Source: Bdellovibrionota bacterium (GTDB taxonomy: Bacteria; Bdellovibrionota_C; UBA2361; JBIKWN01). Taken from it: a DNA stretch of 47,178 nucleotides. Under the pieces are notes generated by a model. It searched no databases. It saw nothing but the letters and a program-made list of their open reading frames with translations, and was not told the DNA's origin. Positions 20,133-29,221 of this stretch are shown here, piece after piece. A program made the translations under genes and the position numbers. Where the stretch lies: assembly GCA_044356295.1 (NCBI GenBank), contig JBIKWN010000015.1, positions 1-47,178 of the forward strand, read 5' to 3'. How positions within the stretch are numbered: the first letter of the stretch is position 1; each line of letters opens with the position of its first letter.

Positions 20133-21716
20133 TTAGGATAAATTACCATCTTCTAATAAGGGATTATGGCAAACTTCTACTAAAAGCTCTCTACTTTCGC
20201 GAGCTTTTTCAAGAATTTCGCTTGCGATACATTGAAAAGCAGAAGGGCATGTCGGATCGACTAGAAAATCACTCATTACAACACAAATTCTTTCAAAATC
20301 TTCTTGTAGAAGTGGGTTTGATGTAAATGTGGTTAAGAAAGTATCTTGTAATTGTACAAGTTCCTCTAGCGAGCATCCCTTTTCTTCAATAACAGATAGA
20401 AATCCACGTAGTATGCCTCTTGATAAATGAGGTTTAGTGAACGTGACGCTTTCAATCATACCGAGTGGAATGGATGGATGCAGCCAGTTCTGCTCTAAAA
20501 GTTTTATTGTAGCATTTTCTATACCCTGCTCAGTGGAACACATTTGATAAAAACTTAAAACGAGATTAGCTAATTCTTTTAAGCTTGATGGATCGCTATC
20601 ACTTTGAGATGAACAAGAATCATGATTCACAAAAGATATGATTTTTGTAAAACCGTCACTTTTGAGAAATCCGTCCAATAGATGCTTATAAGAAGAAATA
20701 ATATGCTTAATTGCTCCTGCATAGACGCATAACTCCTCTATAGAGGTTGCATCAACAGTGTTGGTAATAGAACGACTTATAAGTTCTTGGGCATTCTTTG
20801 GATTATACAGTGAAAACTCTGCTTCCATTAAGGCAAGGCGTCTTTTTTCTTTAAACGTGAGCTCGGAAGAGGAAGAAAGAAGATTTCGAAAACGATTGAT
20901 AAAATCTGATTCGTGTCCGAATGCCTCCTCAATCCGACGGCAAACACGTCCAGCAGAAGCAGAGACTGCAAGGTCTTGACTAAGAGAGACTTGATACAGT
21001 CCATCAATAACCTCCTCTCGACTCTCATTATGTAAACCACTAACAGTAGTAAATAACCGTGCCACACTATCGGCTAATGTACCATTAGTCTCGAATTGCG
21101 AAGCGACCGCTAAAAAAAATTCCTGAAGATGCGTACACATCTCTGAATAAAGGTAAGGGGAAGTTTCACAGATAATCTGAAAAAGTTCTTCGTATTTATT
21201 TGGACCCTCTTTTCTTTGCTGAAACAAACTGCCGTCGGTAATGAAGTAAGAATCCTGATGAGTTTGTACTGCTTTTATAATCAGTAATTTGAAAGCACTA
21301 TGATCCATAGCCATAGTGAAATCTTCAGGTTGAATACAGTCGAAAAAATCAGAAGCAATCTGCCACCTCATCGAACCAAGATTTTCAAGGCATCGTTGAT
21401 TAAGCATATCTTGGATACTCTGCGTAAAAGAATCACCACCACAAAGCGAAACAATAAGAGCGCTTGAAATCAGTGAATTAAATTCTTCAGGACGAGCAGT
21501 TTGAAATCGATCAAAAAGAGAACAAATTGAAAGATATGTTTGCTGTGGATGCTTCGTAACATTACTACATAAAACTCCAGTAATTGCGCGGCTTTGTTGT
21601 GACCAATATGGGTCAATTTTTCCGACAAGAACATCTGAATCAATATCACGAGTAAAAGTATCTTTCGAGAAGGGAGCCTGAAATAGATATGATCCAAATT
21701 GAGAATTTACTGACAT
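20133..21716 (-). CDS. Hypothetical alpha-helical protein (527 aa)
   Basis: Long ORF rich in Leu, Ser, Glu and Cys, with no TM segment or recognised catalytic motif. Confidence 0.7.
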   Translation of the reverse strand: MSVNSQFGSYLFQAPFSKDTFTRDIDSDVLVGKIDPYWSQQSRAITGVLCSNVTKHPQQTYLSICSLFDRFQTARPEEFNSLISSALIVSLCGGDSFTQSIQDMLNQRCLENLGSMRWQIASDFFDCIQPEDFTMAMDHSAFKLLIIKAVQTHQDSYFITDGSLFQQRKEGPNKYEELFQIICETSPYLYSEMCTHLQEFFLAVASQFETNGTLADSVARLFTTVSGLHNESREEVIDGLYQVSLSQDLAVSASAGRVCRRIEEAFGHESDFINRFRNLLSSSSELTFKEKRRLALMEAEFSLYNPKNAQELISRSITNTVDATSIEELCVYAGAIKHIISSYKHLLDGFLKSDGFTKIISFVNHDSCSSQSDSDPSSLKELANLVLSFYQMCSTEQGIENATIKLLEQNWLHPSIPLGMIESVTFTKPHLSRGILRGFLSVIEEKGCSLEELVQLQDTFLTTFTSNPLLQEDFERICVVMSDFLVDPTCPSAFQCIASEILEKARESRELLVEVCHNPLLEDGNLS

Positions 21717-21807
21717 ACTTCACTACATAAATTTCGTAACACCAGGCTACAGAATTTTATATAACATTAAAAGATGTTTTATTCTGGACTAAGAAAAAGA
21801 ATCAAAG

Positions 21808-22464
21808 CTATAAATCGCCTTGAAAAGTAACTTTCCGGTTACTTTCATCTCCAAAGACAAAATGCACTGGATGAATGATTTGTACCATCGATGCATCATC
21901 GGTTGCTTCATCCTTAAATTCGCTATGAGCTTTTTCAATGAGATCGAACCGAAATGCTTGAGGAGTCTGGACTCTAAAAATTTCTGTTCTAGACAGACTC
22001 TCTTTCACTTCGCATGTTTTAATATCAACTTTGATTAAAGAATCAGTACTTGGAATTGCAGCTGTGACTGCTTGGAACCTAATAACTGCTTCTTTTATTC
22101 TAAAAAGAAGCCCAGAACTCAAAAATACACGTGCGGCATCATGGATAAGGACATAACTTTGGCTTTTCTCTTCATCTGATAAAGAGCCTGACAGAACATC
22201 GAGGGCTGCCTTTACTGAGCTCCTTCTCGTACTACCGCCAACAACGCAAAGATCATTATTTCGATTCAGTAATTCCAAAGAGTGATGATTATAAAATTCT
22301 TCAGGAACAGTAACGATAACTTTACTTACCCAAGACTGTTCTCGAAATAAAGAATAAGGCTTTATCCAAAGTGGATTGCCTTCGAACTCAATAAATGTTT
22401 TTGGAATATCAGCACTAAAACGGGAACCTTGTCCCGCGGCCAAGAGTACTACAAAGAAATTCAC
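21808..22464 (-). CDS. ispD: 2-C-methyl-D-erythritol 4-phosphate cytidylyltransferase
   Basis: LAAGQGSRF...PK.F, GGSTRRSSV, VLIHDAAR, VQTPQAF, TDDASMV, NRKVT..GDL. Confidence 0.93.
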   Translation of the reverse strand: MNFFVVLLAAGQGSRFSADIPKTFIEFEGNPLWIKPYSLFREQSWVSKVIVTVPEEFYNHHSLELLNRNNDLCVVGGSTRRSSVKAALDVLSGSLSDEEKSQSYVLIHDAARVFLSSGLLFRIKEAVIRFQAVTAAIPSTDSLIKVDIKTCEVKESLSRTEIFRVQTPQAFRFDLIEKAHSEFKDEATDDASMVQIIHPVHFVFGDESNRKVTFQGDL

Positions 22465-22961
22465 GCAGCAGCCAGCATCGTTTCAAGTTCTGATGAAATT
22501 TTTTCTTGAGATTTCGCTTTTGAAACAGCTATCTCTGAAACAAGACGACTTCTTGCTTTCTCGAACATTTGTTTTTCGCCAAATGATAACTCTTTATGAT
22601 TACGTAGCTGAGAAAGATCTCGTAATACTTCAGCAGTTTCGAATAGAGAACCAGTTTGAATTTTTTGTGAATATTCACGGAAGCGGCGATTCCACGTTTG
22701 AGTATCGATTTTTCTTTTCTTTTCTTTGAGGATAAGAAAAATTTGGTCAATTGATTTTTTATCAGCAACTTTTCGAAGCCCTACAGCAATTGCTTGAGCG
22801 CATGGTACACTTATTTTAAGTCCGGTTTCAGTAACGGTAATACCATAAAATTCGCAGCTCGTTCCCCCTATAACCTTAGCAACTTGTTCTTCAACAACAC
22901 CTACACCATGCCCTGGATATACAACTTTGTCACCTACTTTGAATGATGCTTTTGCTGCCAC
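22461..22961 (-). CDS. carD: CarD/CdnL RNA-polymerase-binding transcription factor
   Basis: FKVGDKVVYPGHGVG, QTWNRRFREY..KI.TGS, AEVLRDL, KELSFGEK.M. Confidence 0.93.
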   Translation of the reverse strand: MAAKASFKVGDKVVYPGHGVGVVEEQVAKVIGGTSCEFYGITVTETGLKISVPCAQAIAVGLRKVADKKSIDQIFLILKEKKRKIDTQTWNRRFREYSQKIQTGSLFETAEVLRDLSQLRNHKELSFGEKQMFEKARSRLVSEIAVSKAKSQEKISSELETMLAAA

Positions 22962-23066
22962 TTGTTGAATCCCTCCAGAATCTAAAATTACTTTGAGAAC
23001 CAGGCGATTGTACTAGAAATTAACTTTAATGCCTAAGAAAAAGAGTAGTTGTTCTAAATAAAATAA

Positions 23067-24140
23067 CTAATCTTTTCCTAAAGTTACCTCAGATAGACTG
23101 CCGACGCCCTGAGCATCAAGATAACTAGATAAGCCCTTTAAAATACGATTAACAACCATCGGTCCTTCGTAAATCAATGATGTATAAAGCTGCACAGAGG
23201 AGGCGCCTGCTTGCAGACACTGTATAACATGCTCAGCTGAACTAATTCCTCCAACCCCAATTATTGGAAGAGTTTTCTCTGAATAATTTGAAAGCTCTTC
23301 GATGATAGCCAATGACTTCACTCTGAGCGGATTGCCGCTTAATCCTCCCGCTTCATCAGTTCTTGAAATCAACCCCTCTCTGCTTAAAGTTGTATTAGTA
23401 GCAATTAATCCAGCAATAGAGGAACGCTTACAAACTTCAACAATATTTCTTAACTCACCCGACTCTATGTCCGGGGCAATTTTTACAAAAAGAGGCTTTC
23501 CATGACTTTCCGATTCAAGAGCACCAAATAATTCAGTGAGTCGAGCTGGCTCTTGAAGCTTTCGAAGCTCAGGCGTGTTGGGAGAGCTCACATTGATAGC
23601 TACATAGTCAGCAACGTCTCTGACTTGTTTTAAAAGCCTTACATAATCCTCGGATGCTTCTTCAAGTGGTATTGATTTCGCTTTACCAATGTTAACTCCT
23701 ATTACTGCACCAGATTTATGTTTTGCGATTTTCTCTAGACGAGGAAGTACCACGTCAATTCCAACCGAGGGAAATCCCATTCTATTAATCAGCGCTTGGT
23801 CTTCTACGAGACGAAAAATTCTTGGTTTTGGATTTCCGTCTTGGGGTACGCTCGTAATTGTTCCTACTTCAACAGAGCCAAATCCTAAGCTTGAAAAAAA
23901 ATCATACCCGTATGCTTGCTTATCAAACCCTGCAGCGAGGCCTATTGGGTTTCGAAAATGAATCCCTGCAATCGTTGTCTCAAGGCGTTTATCTTCATGG
24001 AAAAAGAACGGAGCAATAATTCCAGAGAGTGAAAGGTCTTCAAGAGTTTTGATAACTTTGAATGTTACATCATGAATTTTCTCAGAATCTACTGAAAATA
24101 AAAGTGGCCTGATATATTTTTTATAGATCTCAAATTTCAT
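23067..24140 (-). CDS. pyrD: Quinone-dependent dihydroorotate dehydrogenase (class 2)
   Basis: NPIGLAAGFDK, Q.GNPKPRIFRL, INRMGF, NVSSPNTP.LR, KIAPD, TNTT, GGLSG. Start probably at 24140 or 24152 rather than 24215. Confidence 0.95.
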   Translation of the reverse strand: MKFEIYKKYIRPLLFSVDSEKIHDVTFKVIKTLEDLSLSGIIAPFFFHEDKRLETTIAGIHFRNPIGLAAGFDKQAYGYDFFSSLGFGSVEVGTITSVPQDGNPKPRIFRLVEDQALINRMGFPSVGIDVVLPRLEKIAKHKSGAVIGVNIGKAKSIPLEEASEDYVRLLKQVRDVADYVAINVSSPNTPELRKLQEPARLTELFGALESESHGKPLFVKIAPDIESGELRNIVEVCKRSSIAGLIATNTTLSREGLISRTDEAGGLSGNPLRVKSLAIIEELSNYSEKTLPIIGVGGISSAEHVIQCLQAGASSVQLYTSLIYEGPMVVNRILKGLSSYLDAQGVGSLSEVTLGKD

Positions 24141-24633
24141 ACCGTGACTCATTCTTATTTTGTTTGTTGTGCTCGGCAATAAAGGTAGGAATATGAAGCC
24201 GAAGTACAAATGCATCTTCTAGATCATCTGTATAATATTTTTCTCGGATTGCAACTTCTGAAAATCCAAGTGATTGATACAGTGATTGCGCAACAGTATT
24301 ACTCTTACGCACTTCAAGTGTTGCCCAAATACTGGCACGCTCATCTGAAAGTGTTTTTAATACGTAGGTTATCAGCCCTCTTCCTACACCGTTACCTCGG
24401 TATACAGGATCGATTCCAAAATTAAGAATATGAATTTCATCAAGGACTGCATGCGTAACCAGAAAACCAATTAGTTTTCCATCAGCACGTGCACCGAAAG
24501 TGTATGAATATGAGTGATTAAATTCAGCCTCAAAAAGTTCAACCGGCCACGGAGGCCGGTTGCTTAATTTTTCGATAGAAGCAATGTCAGCGCTTGAAGG
24601 TTTTGATAAGCGGCAATATACCGGATGTACCAA
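24130..24633 (-). CDS. rimI: Ribosomal protein S18 alanine N-acetyltransferase (GNAT)
   Basis: IE......PW, EIHILNFGIDP.YRG.GVG, TLEVRKSN..AQ.LY..LGF....R..YY....EDA. Confidence 0.9.
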   Translation of the reverse strand: MVHPVYCRLSKPSSADIASIEKLSNRPPWPVELFEAEFNHSYSYTFGARADGKLIGFLVTHAVLDEIHILNFGIDPVYRGNGVGRGLITYVLKTLSDERASIWATLEVRKSNTVAQSLYQSLGFSEVAIREKYYTDDLEDAFVLRLHIPTFIAEHNKQNKNESRYEI

Positions 24634-24662
24634 ATCTCTCTTACGCTCCTACTTCTTAAAAA

Positions 24663-25013
24663 TTACAGTGCTGCTCTAGCTTTCTCAACAACAGCTGAGA
24701 ATGCTTGCGCATCACGTACTGCCATATCTGCAAGTACTTTTCTATCAAGTTCAATCTGAGCATTTTTAAGCCCAAGAATGAATCTACTATAGGAAAGTCC
24801 AAATATGCGCACTGCTGCATTGATACGAGCAATCCAAAGTTGGCGAAACTCGCGCTTCTTAACTCTTCTATCTCTGTAAGCAAACTGTCGTCCTTTTTGA
24901 ACGGCTAATTTTGCATTTTTATAGGCGGACTTACGACGCCCGCGGTATCCTTCTGCCGCATCCAGCATCTTTTTATGACGCTTTCTTCCGGCTGTTCCAC
25001 GTTTAACTCTCAT
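24663..25013 (-). CDS. rplT: 50S ribosomal protein L20
   Basis: [43 protein letters not shown]. Confidence 0.98.
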   Translation of the reverse strand: MRVKRGTAGRKRHKKMLDAAEGYRGRRKSAYKNAKLAVQKGRQFAYRDRRVKKREFRQLWIARINAAVRIFGLSYSRFILGLKNAQIELDRKVLADMAVRDAQAFSAVVEKARAAL

Positions 25014-25035
25014 GATCTAACTCCTTTGCGTTTAC

Positions 25036-25242
25036 TTATTTAACTTTGTGATAAGGCAATAGACCAGTAACCGCATCGAGATTAGTCGAATCTACCATCG
25101 TTGTTCCACGCAATTGACGCATTCTTTTCGGTGCGCGCTTTGCTGTGTTATGGCTAGTATTCGCCTGTTTTCTCTTAACGCGACCACTGCCCATTACACG
25201 GAACTTCTTAGAAGCCATTTTGTTGGTCTTCATTTTTGGCAT
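25036..25242 (-). CDS. rpmI: 50S ribosomal protein L35
   Basis: MPKMKT....KKFR..GSG..KR....SH, K..R.LR, LLPY. Directly upstream of rplT. Confidence 0.96.
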   Translation of the reverse strand: MPKMKTNKMASKKFRVMGSGRVKRKQANTSHNTAKRAPKRMRQLRGTTMVDSTNLDAVTGLLPYHKVK

Positions 25243-25440
25243 AGGTACTCCTTTATAAACTTTTTATGTTTATACGTTAAAGTTACAATTGAACCGGTTC
25301 ATACAAAGCATTTTAGTTTCCTAAAATGAAGATTTGCCGGTACAGGCTTGTTTTTTGATTTAAATTAGTCTTAATAAATTAAAACAAAATTTAAATCGGT
25401 TTATTTTTTATAAATAAAAGAATAAACGATTGCTAAAGAA

Positions 25441-25692
<252 letters not shown>

Positions 25693-25778
25693 AAGAAGCT
25701 GAAACAAAACAACTTCATGCAAGAACTCGCAATAATATCAAAGGGTTGTATTGGGGTCAAATTACATTGAGTAACACC

Positions 25779-25872
25779 AGGGGACGCTCACCTTTTCTAA
25801 GCAGTTGATAACACAAGTCTCTTAATTACGATTCGTAATAATTTCGTAACGTTATAAAGGTGAGCGTCCCCT
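25779..25872. repeat. Inverted pair of the AGGGGACGCTCACCTTT element (copies A and B)
   Basis: Perfect 17-bp arms at 25779-25795 and 25856-25872, immediately 3' of the 573-aa gene. Confidence 0.85.
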
Positions 25873-25877
25873 AATTT

Positions 25878-27599
25878 TTAAGCAGCTTTTGCTTCTTTAG
25901 GTGTTATGTAGTCAAGCATGTTTTGACCTGCTTGTTGAATCTGTGCCCATTCAGCACGGGTTTGAGCAGGTTTAAATTCTGGACCGAAAGGAATTGGTAA
26001 TCCATTCTTAGTAGCTTGCTCATTACTAGACTTAATAAATCTGTCGTATGCTTCTGGACCTTTTGTTGCCAACAACCATGATGCATAAGCTTTATTGAGC
26101 ATTTCATTAGCTTGTTTCTCAGCTTGTAGAAGTGCTTGTTTTTTTGCTTCTAATTCTGCCTTTTTAACCACGTCTGTCTCTTTCGCAATTTGATCATCAA
26201 TTGCTTTAACTTCTTTTACTACTTGTGCGTGAATTTTTTCACGTATCCCTTTGTTGAATAAATTTCCACCAGCAAAATCAGTAATAGCTTTTAACTCTTC
26301 AGCATTTGGGGCTTCATTCATTTTTGCTTCTTGTGCAGCTTTCGCTTCTTGCTCTTGCTTCATTAAAGAAGAAGCAACAGCTCCTGGTCCATCTTTACTA
26401 ATTGCCGCTTTCAACTCTTCTTCTTTAGCTCTTAGCTCAGCAATAGTTGCTTTATCACCAAGGAGTTGCTCAGCAACAGCTCTTGGATTCGTAGCGAGCT
26501 GATCTTTTAATTGTTGGTATTTTTCAAGAGTAGATGCACTTTCACCAGGCGATACTTTCAATTGCGTATTGTTAGCTTTATTGTAAGCATCAACAGCTTT
26601 TTCAAATTTTTCACCGAGTTCTTTTGCAATCTGTTTTTTCATCTCTGGGGTAACAGTAATTCCTCGAGACTCTAGATCTTTGATCGTTGCTTCATATGTA
26701 TTCACTAACAGATCTTGCTTGGCTCCTGGTTTTAGATCCTTATCAGCTTTAACTGCAGCATCTAGTCCTGCCTTGATCATTTCGTCTGGATTTATCGACA
26801 ACGACTGTCCTGCAATTAATTTCGATACTACAGAGCTAGTAATGCCAGATGCAATTCGCTGAACTGCTGTTGGGCTAAAAGCACTACCAACCAAAGCACC
26901 AGTAAATAACTGTTCAATTCTTTCTTGTAGTGCAGCAGGGTTCTTCAAAAGCTCAGGATCTGATAGTGGTCCTCGAACCAAGCCATTAATGAGCTCTTCT
27001 CTTTTCTGTGGAGATAAATTTAATTTATCAATTTCAGGTCCAAACTGCTTTTCTATGTCAGCTTTCATTCTTTGTTGCTCTGCTGTTAATGCAGTAGAAG
27101 TACTAGGTGCCAGTGGATTGTTAACAACATCTTTTTTAGTTAGAAACTCGGATATTGAATCTTTAAGGTCAGCGACTGGTTCTGTAATTGTTTTTTTAAG
27201 ATCACGATCACGTTGTCTGTGCTTTTCAAAACGTTCAGCTACTTGTTCGCCCACAACTTCGATTAACAGTTTAGGATCCATTCCTGTTAACAGACCTTTT
27301 TCTGACATTTTAGAAATCAATTCCACTGCTTTAGTTTGTGCAAAAAGAGTGAATTTTTCTTTATCTGAAAGTCCTGTTAGCGCAGGGTCTTTCGCAAATT
27401 CACTATATTCGCCAGAGAGGTTGTTATCCCAACGACCATGAATTTCACGATCTACTTTTCTTTTGATATTTTCGGGATTATTTTCTCTTTCTGAATCTTT
27501 AGAAAAAGTAGAAGAAGATGCTTTTAAATCTTTAAATAAACCCTCTACGTTTAGCTTTTCAGATAAAACTTTTGTAACTGATTGAATATCTCCACTCAT
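25878..27599 (-). CDS. Hypothetical helical/coiled-coil protein (573 aa)
   Basis: Long ORF with a GGGGAG Shine-Dalgarno, rich in Ala, Glu, Lys and Gln, with one central hydrophobic Gly/Ala/Ser stretch. Confidence 0.8.
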   Translation of the reverse strand: MSGDIQSVTKVLSEKLNVEGLFKDLKASSSTFSKDSERENNPENIKRKVDREIHGRWDNNLSGEYSEFAKDPALTGLSDKEKFTLFAQTKAVELISKMSEKGLLTGMDPKLLIEVVGEQVAERFEKHRQRDRDLKKTITEPVADLKDSISEFLTKKDVVNNPLAPSTSTALTAEQQRMKADIEKQFGPEIDKLNLSPQKREELINGLVRGPLSDPELLKNPAALQERIEQLFTGALVGSAFSPTAVQRIASGITSSVVSKLIAGQSLSINPDEMIKAGLDAAVKADKDLKPGAKQDLLVNTYEATIKDLESRGITVTPEMKKQIAKELGEKFEKAVDAYNKANNTQLKVSPGESASTLEKYQQLKDQLATNPRAVAEQLLGDKATIAELRAKEEELKAAISKDGPGAVASSLMKQEQEAKAAQEAKMNEAPNAEELKAITDFAGGNLFNKGIREKIHAQVVKEVKAIDDQIAKETDVVKKAELEAKKQALLQAEKQANEMLNKAYASWLLATKGPEAYDRFIKSSNEQATKNGLPIPFGPEFKPAQTRAEWAQIQQAGQNMLDYITPKEAKAA

Positions 27600-27645
27600 A
27601 ACTCGACTCCCCTAAAACCAAATAGTATTAAACCTTGTCTTTTAT

Positions 27646-27673
27646 AATCCGTAACTATTCGTCACTTAGTTCA
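27646..27673 (-). promoter_or_regulatory. Putative alternative-sigma (sigma28-like) promoter TGAA-N16-TACGGATT
   Basis: TGAACTAAGTGACGAATAGTTACGGATT, 46 nt upstream of the 573-aa gene. It shares both boxes with 5166-5192. Confidence 0.5.
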
Positions 27674-27705
27674 AAATAAATGAGGGTTAGAGCACTTTTT
27701 TGTTC

Positions 27706-27727
27706 AGGGGACGCTCACCTTTATAAC
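27706..27727 (+). repeat. Copy C of the AGGGGACGCTCACCTTT element
   Basis: AGGGGACGCTCACCTTTATAAC is the exact reverse complement of 25851-25872. Confidence 0.85.
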
Positions 27728-27746
27728 ATATTGGAATTATTGAAAA

Positions 27747-27793
27747 TAATTGAAAAGATTTTTAGTAACGCGAAGGTCGCGAAGTACGCGAAG
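27747..27793 (-). repeat. 47-bp dispersed element with three CGCGAAG 9-mer units, copy 1
   Basis: TAATTGAAAAGATTTTTAGTAACGCGAAGGTCGCGAAGTACGCGAAG on the plus strand. An inverted copy lies at 37966-38012. Confidence 0.8.
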
Positions 27794-27814
27794 TAGATAA
27801 TTATTATCTACGGC

Positions 27815-29209
27815 TTATCTGCTGTCTTTAAAGCCCTTCAATACTTCAAGAGCACGTCCAAATTGAAGATCTCTTTTCACTAAGGACTCGAGTGGTTCTT
27901 TTTCAGGATCTAAAGGAGCTTCAGTATTCACATTCGAAGTAGAAAGTGTCGGTGAAGTATTGAGTTTTTTCATCGGGTCTGAACTTTCTGAACCATTTGG
28001 ATTAGGTATAGCTCCAGGAAGATCGCCTTCACGAATTGGCTCCTTTGGATCAAAAGAGGTCGCTTTTGTAGGAGCTGGAATATCGGAATTTAACACTTCA
28101 ATATCAGGCTTCACCCCTTTTAGTTGAATCGATTCGCCATTCTTCAAATAGTAAAGTGCAGTTGTTAATGAAATTGCTCCACCATTCTCAAGAGGAGTCA
28201 CCGTCTGCACTGACCCTTTACCAAATGTAGTTGAACCAACAAGTATAGCTCTTCCGTGTTCTTTAAGAGCTCCAGCAACAATTTCACTCGCTGAGGCTGA
28301 ACCACCATTAATGAGCACCACAATTGGATAATCGTTTTCTGTGCCACGACTATGGGCAAAGAATTTTTGTTTCTGACTCTCAATTCGACCATCGGTATAA
28401 ACAATCACACCTTCTTTTAGAAACATATCACTGATTCGGATTGCTTGCGTTAACAATCCGCCTGGATTATTTCTAAAATCAAGCAACAAACCATGTATTT
28501 CACCATCTTCAGATTGCTTTTCAATCTTTCTAACAGCCATGTAGAGATCGTCAGCAGAACTTTCGACAAATTGATTGACACGAACATAGCCGTAACCATC
28601 TCCCAAGTATCTACTACGGATACTTTTAACTTGTATGACATCTCTTACGACATCAACGTCAAATGAAGCTTGGCTCGACTTTCGATAAAGCGTTAAAGAA
28701 ACCTTGCTACCTTTAGCACCACGTAATTTTTTAACAGCATCTACAAGAGTAAAATCTTTAGTAAAGCTCCCATCAATTTTAACGATAACATCCCCTGGTT
28801 GTATTCCAGCAAGAGCCGCAGGACTGGACTCCATAGGCGAGACGACCACAAGCATTCCATCCTTAGCAGTGATCTCTAAACCAAGACCACCGAATTCACC
28901 TTTTGTATGAATCTGTAGATCTTTATAAAAATCAGGATCGAGATAACTCGAATGTGGATCAAGATTGGTAATTAAACCTTTTATCGCACCTTCAACAAGA
29001 TCTTTTGCATTTACATCTTTTACGTAATCTTTTTGGACAATCGCAAGTACGTCGGTAAATATTTTAAGCTGTCCAAAGATATCAGCGTCACTGGAATTTT
29101 GCTTACCGTAGGCATTAGAGAAAACACTGGGCGAAGCAGTAGTGAGAACAATAAAAAGAAGGATCGCAACAAGGGAAGCTAAGATCCGCTCGACGCGGGT
29201 AGAAAACAT
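27815..29209 (-). CDS. ctpA: S41 carboxyl-terminal processing protease with PDZ domain
   Basis: LDPHSSYL, GEFGGLGLEI, LDFRNNPGGLL, GSASASEIVAGALK, TFGKGSVQ. Confidence 0.93.
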   Translation of the reverse strand: MFSTRVERILASLVAILLFIVLTTASPSVFSNAYGKQNSSDADIFGQLKIFTDVLAIVQKDYVKDVNAKDLVEGAIKGLITNLDPHSSYLDPDFYKDLQIHTKGEFGGLGLEITAKDGMLVVVSPMESSPAALAGIQPGDVIVKIDGSFTKDFTLVDAVKKLRGAKGSKVSLTLYRKSSQASFDVDVVRDVIQVKSIRSRYLGDGYGYVRVNQFVESSADDLYMAVRKIEKQSEDGEIHGLLLDFRNNPGGLLTQAIRISDMFLKEGVIVYTDGRIESQKQKFFAHSRGTENDYPIVVLINGGSASASEIVAGALKEHGRAILVGSTTFGKGSVQTVTPLENGGAISLTTALYYLKNGESIQLKGVKPDIEVLNSDIPAPTKATSFDPKEPIREGDLPGAIPNPNGSESSDPMKKLNTSPTLSTSNVNTEAPLDPEKEPLESLVKRDLQFGRALEVLKGFKDSR

Positions 29210-29221
29210 ATAGATATGATA

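Noticed and set aside
20060..20326. 88-aa ORF with a His-rich start (GHAHAHGQVHG)
   Set aside because: It is a translation of the hexamer repeat and runs antisense to the 527-aa gene.
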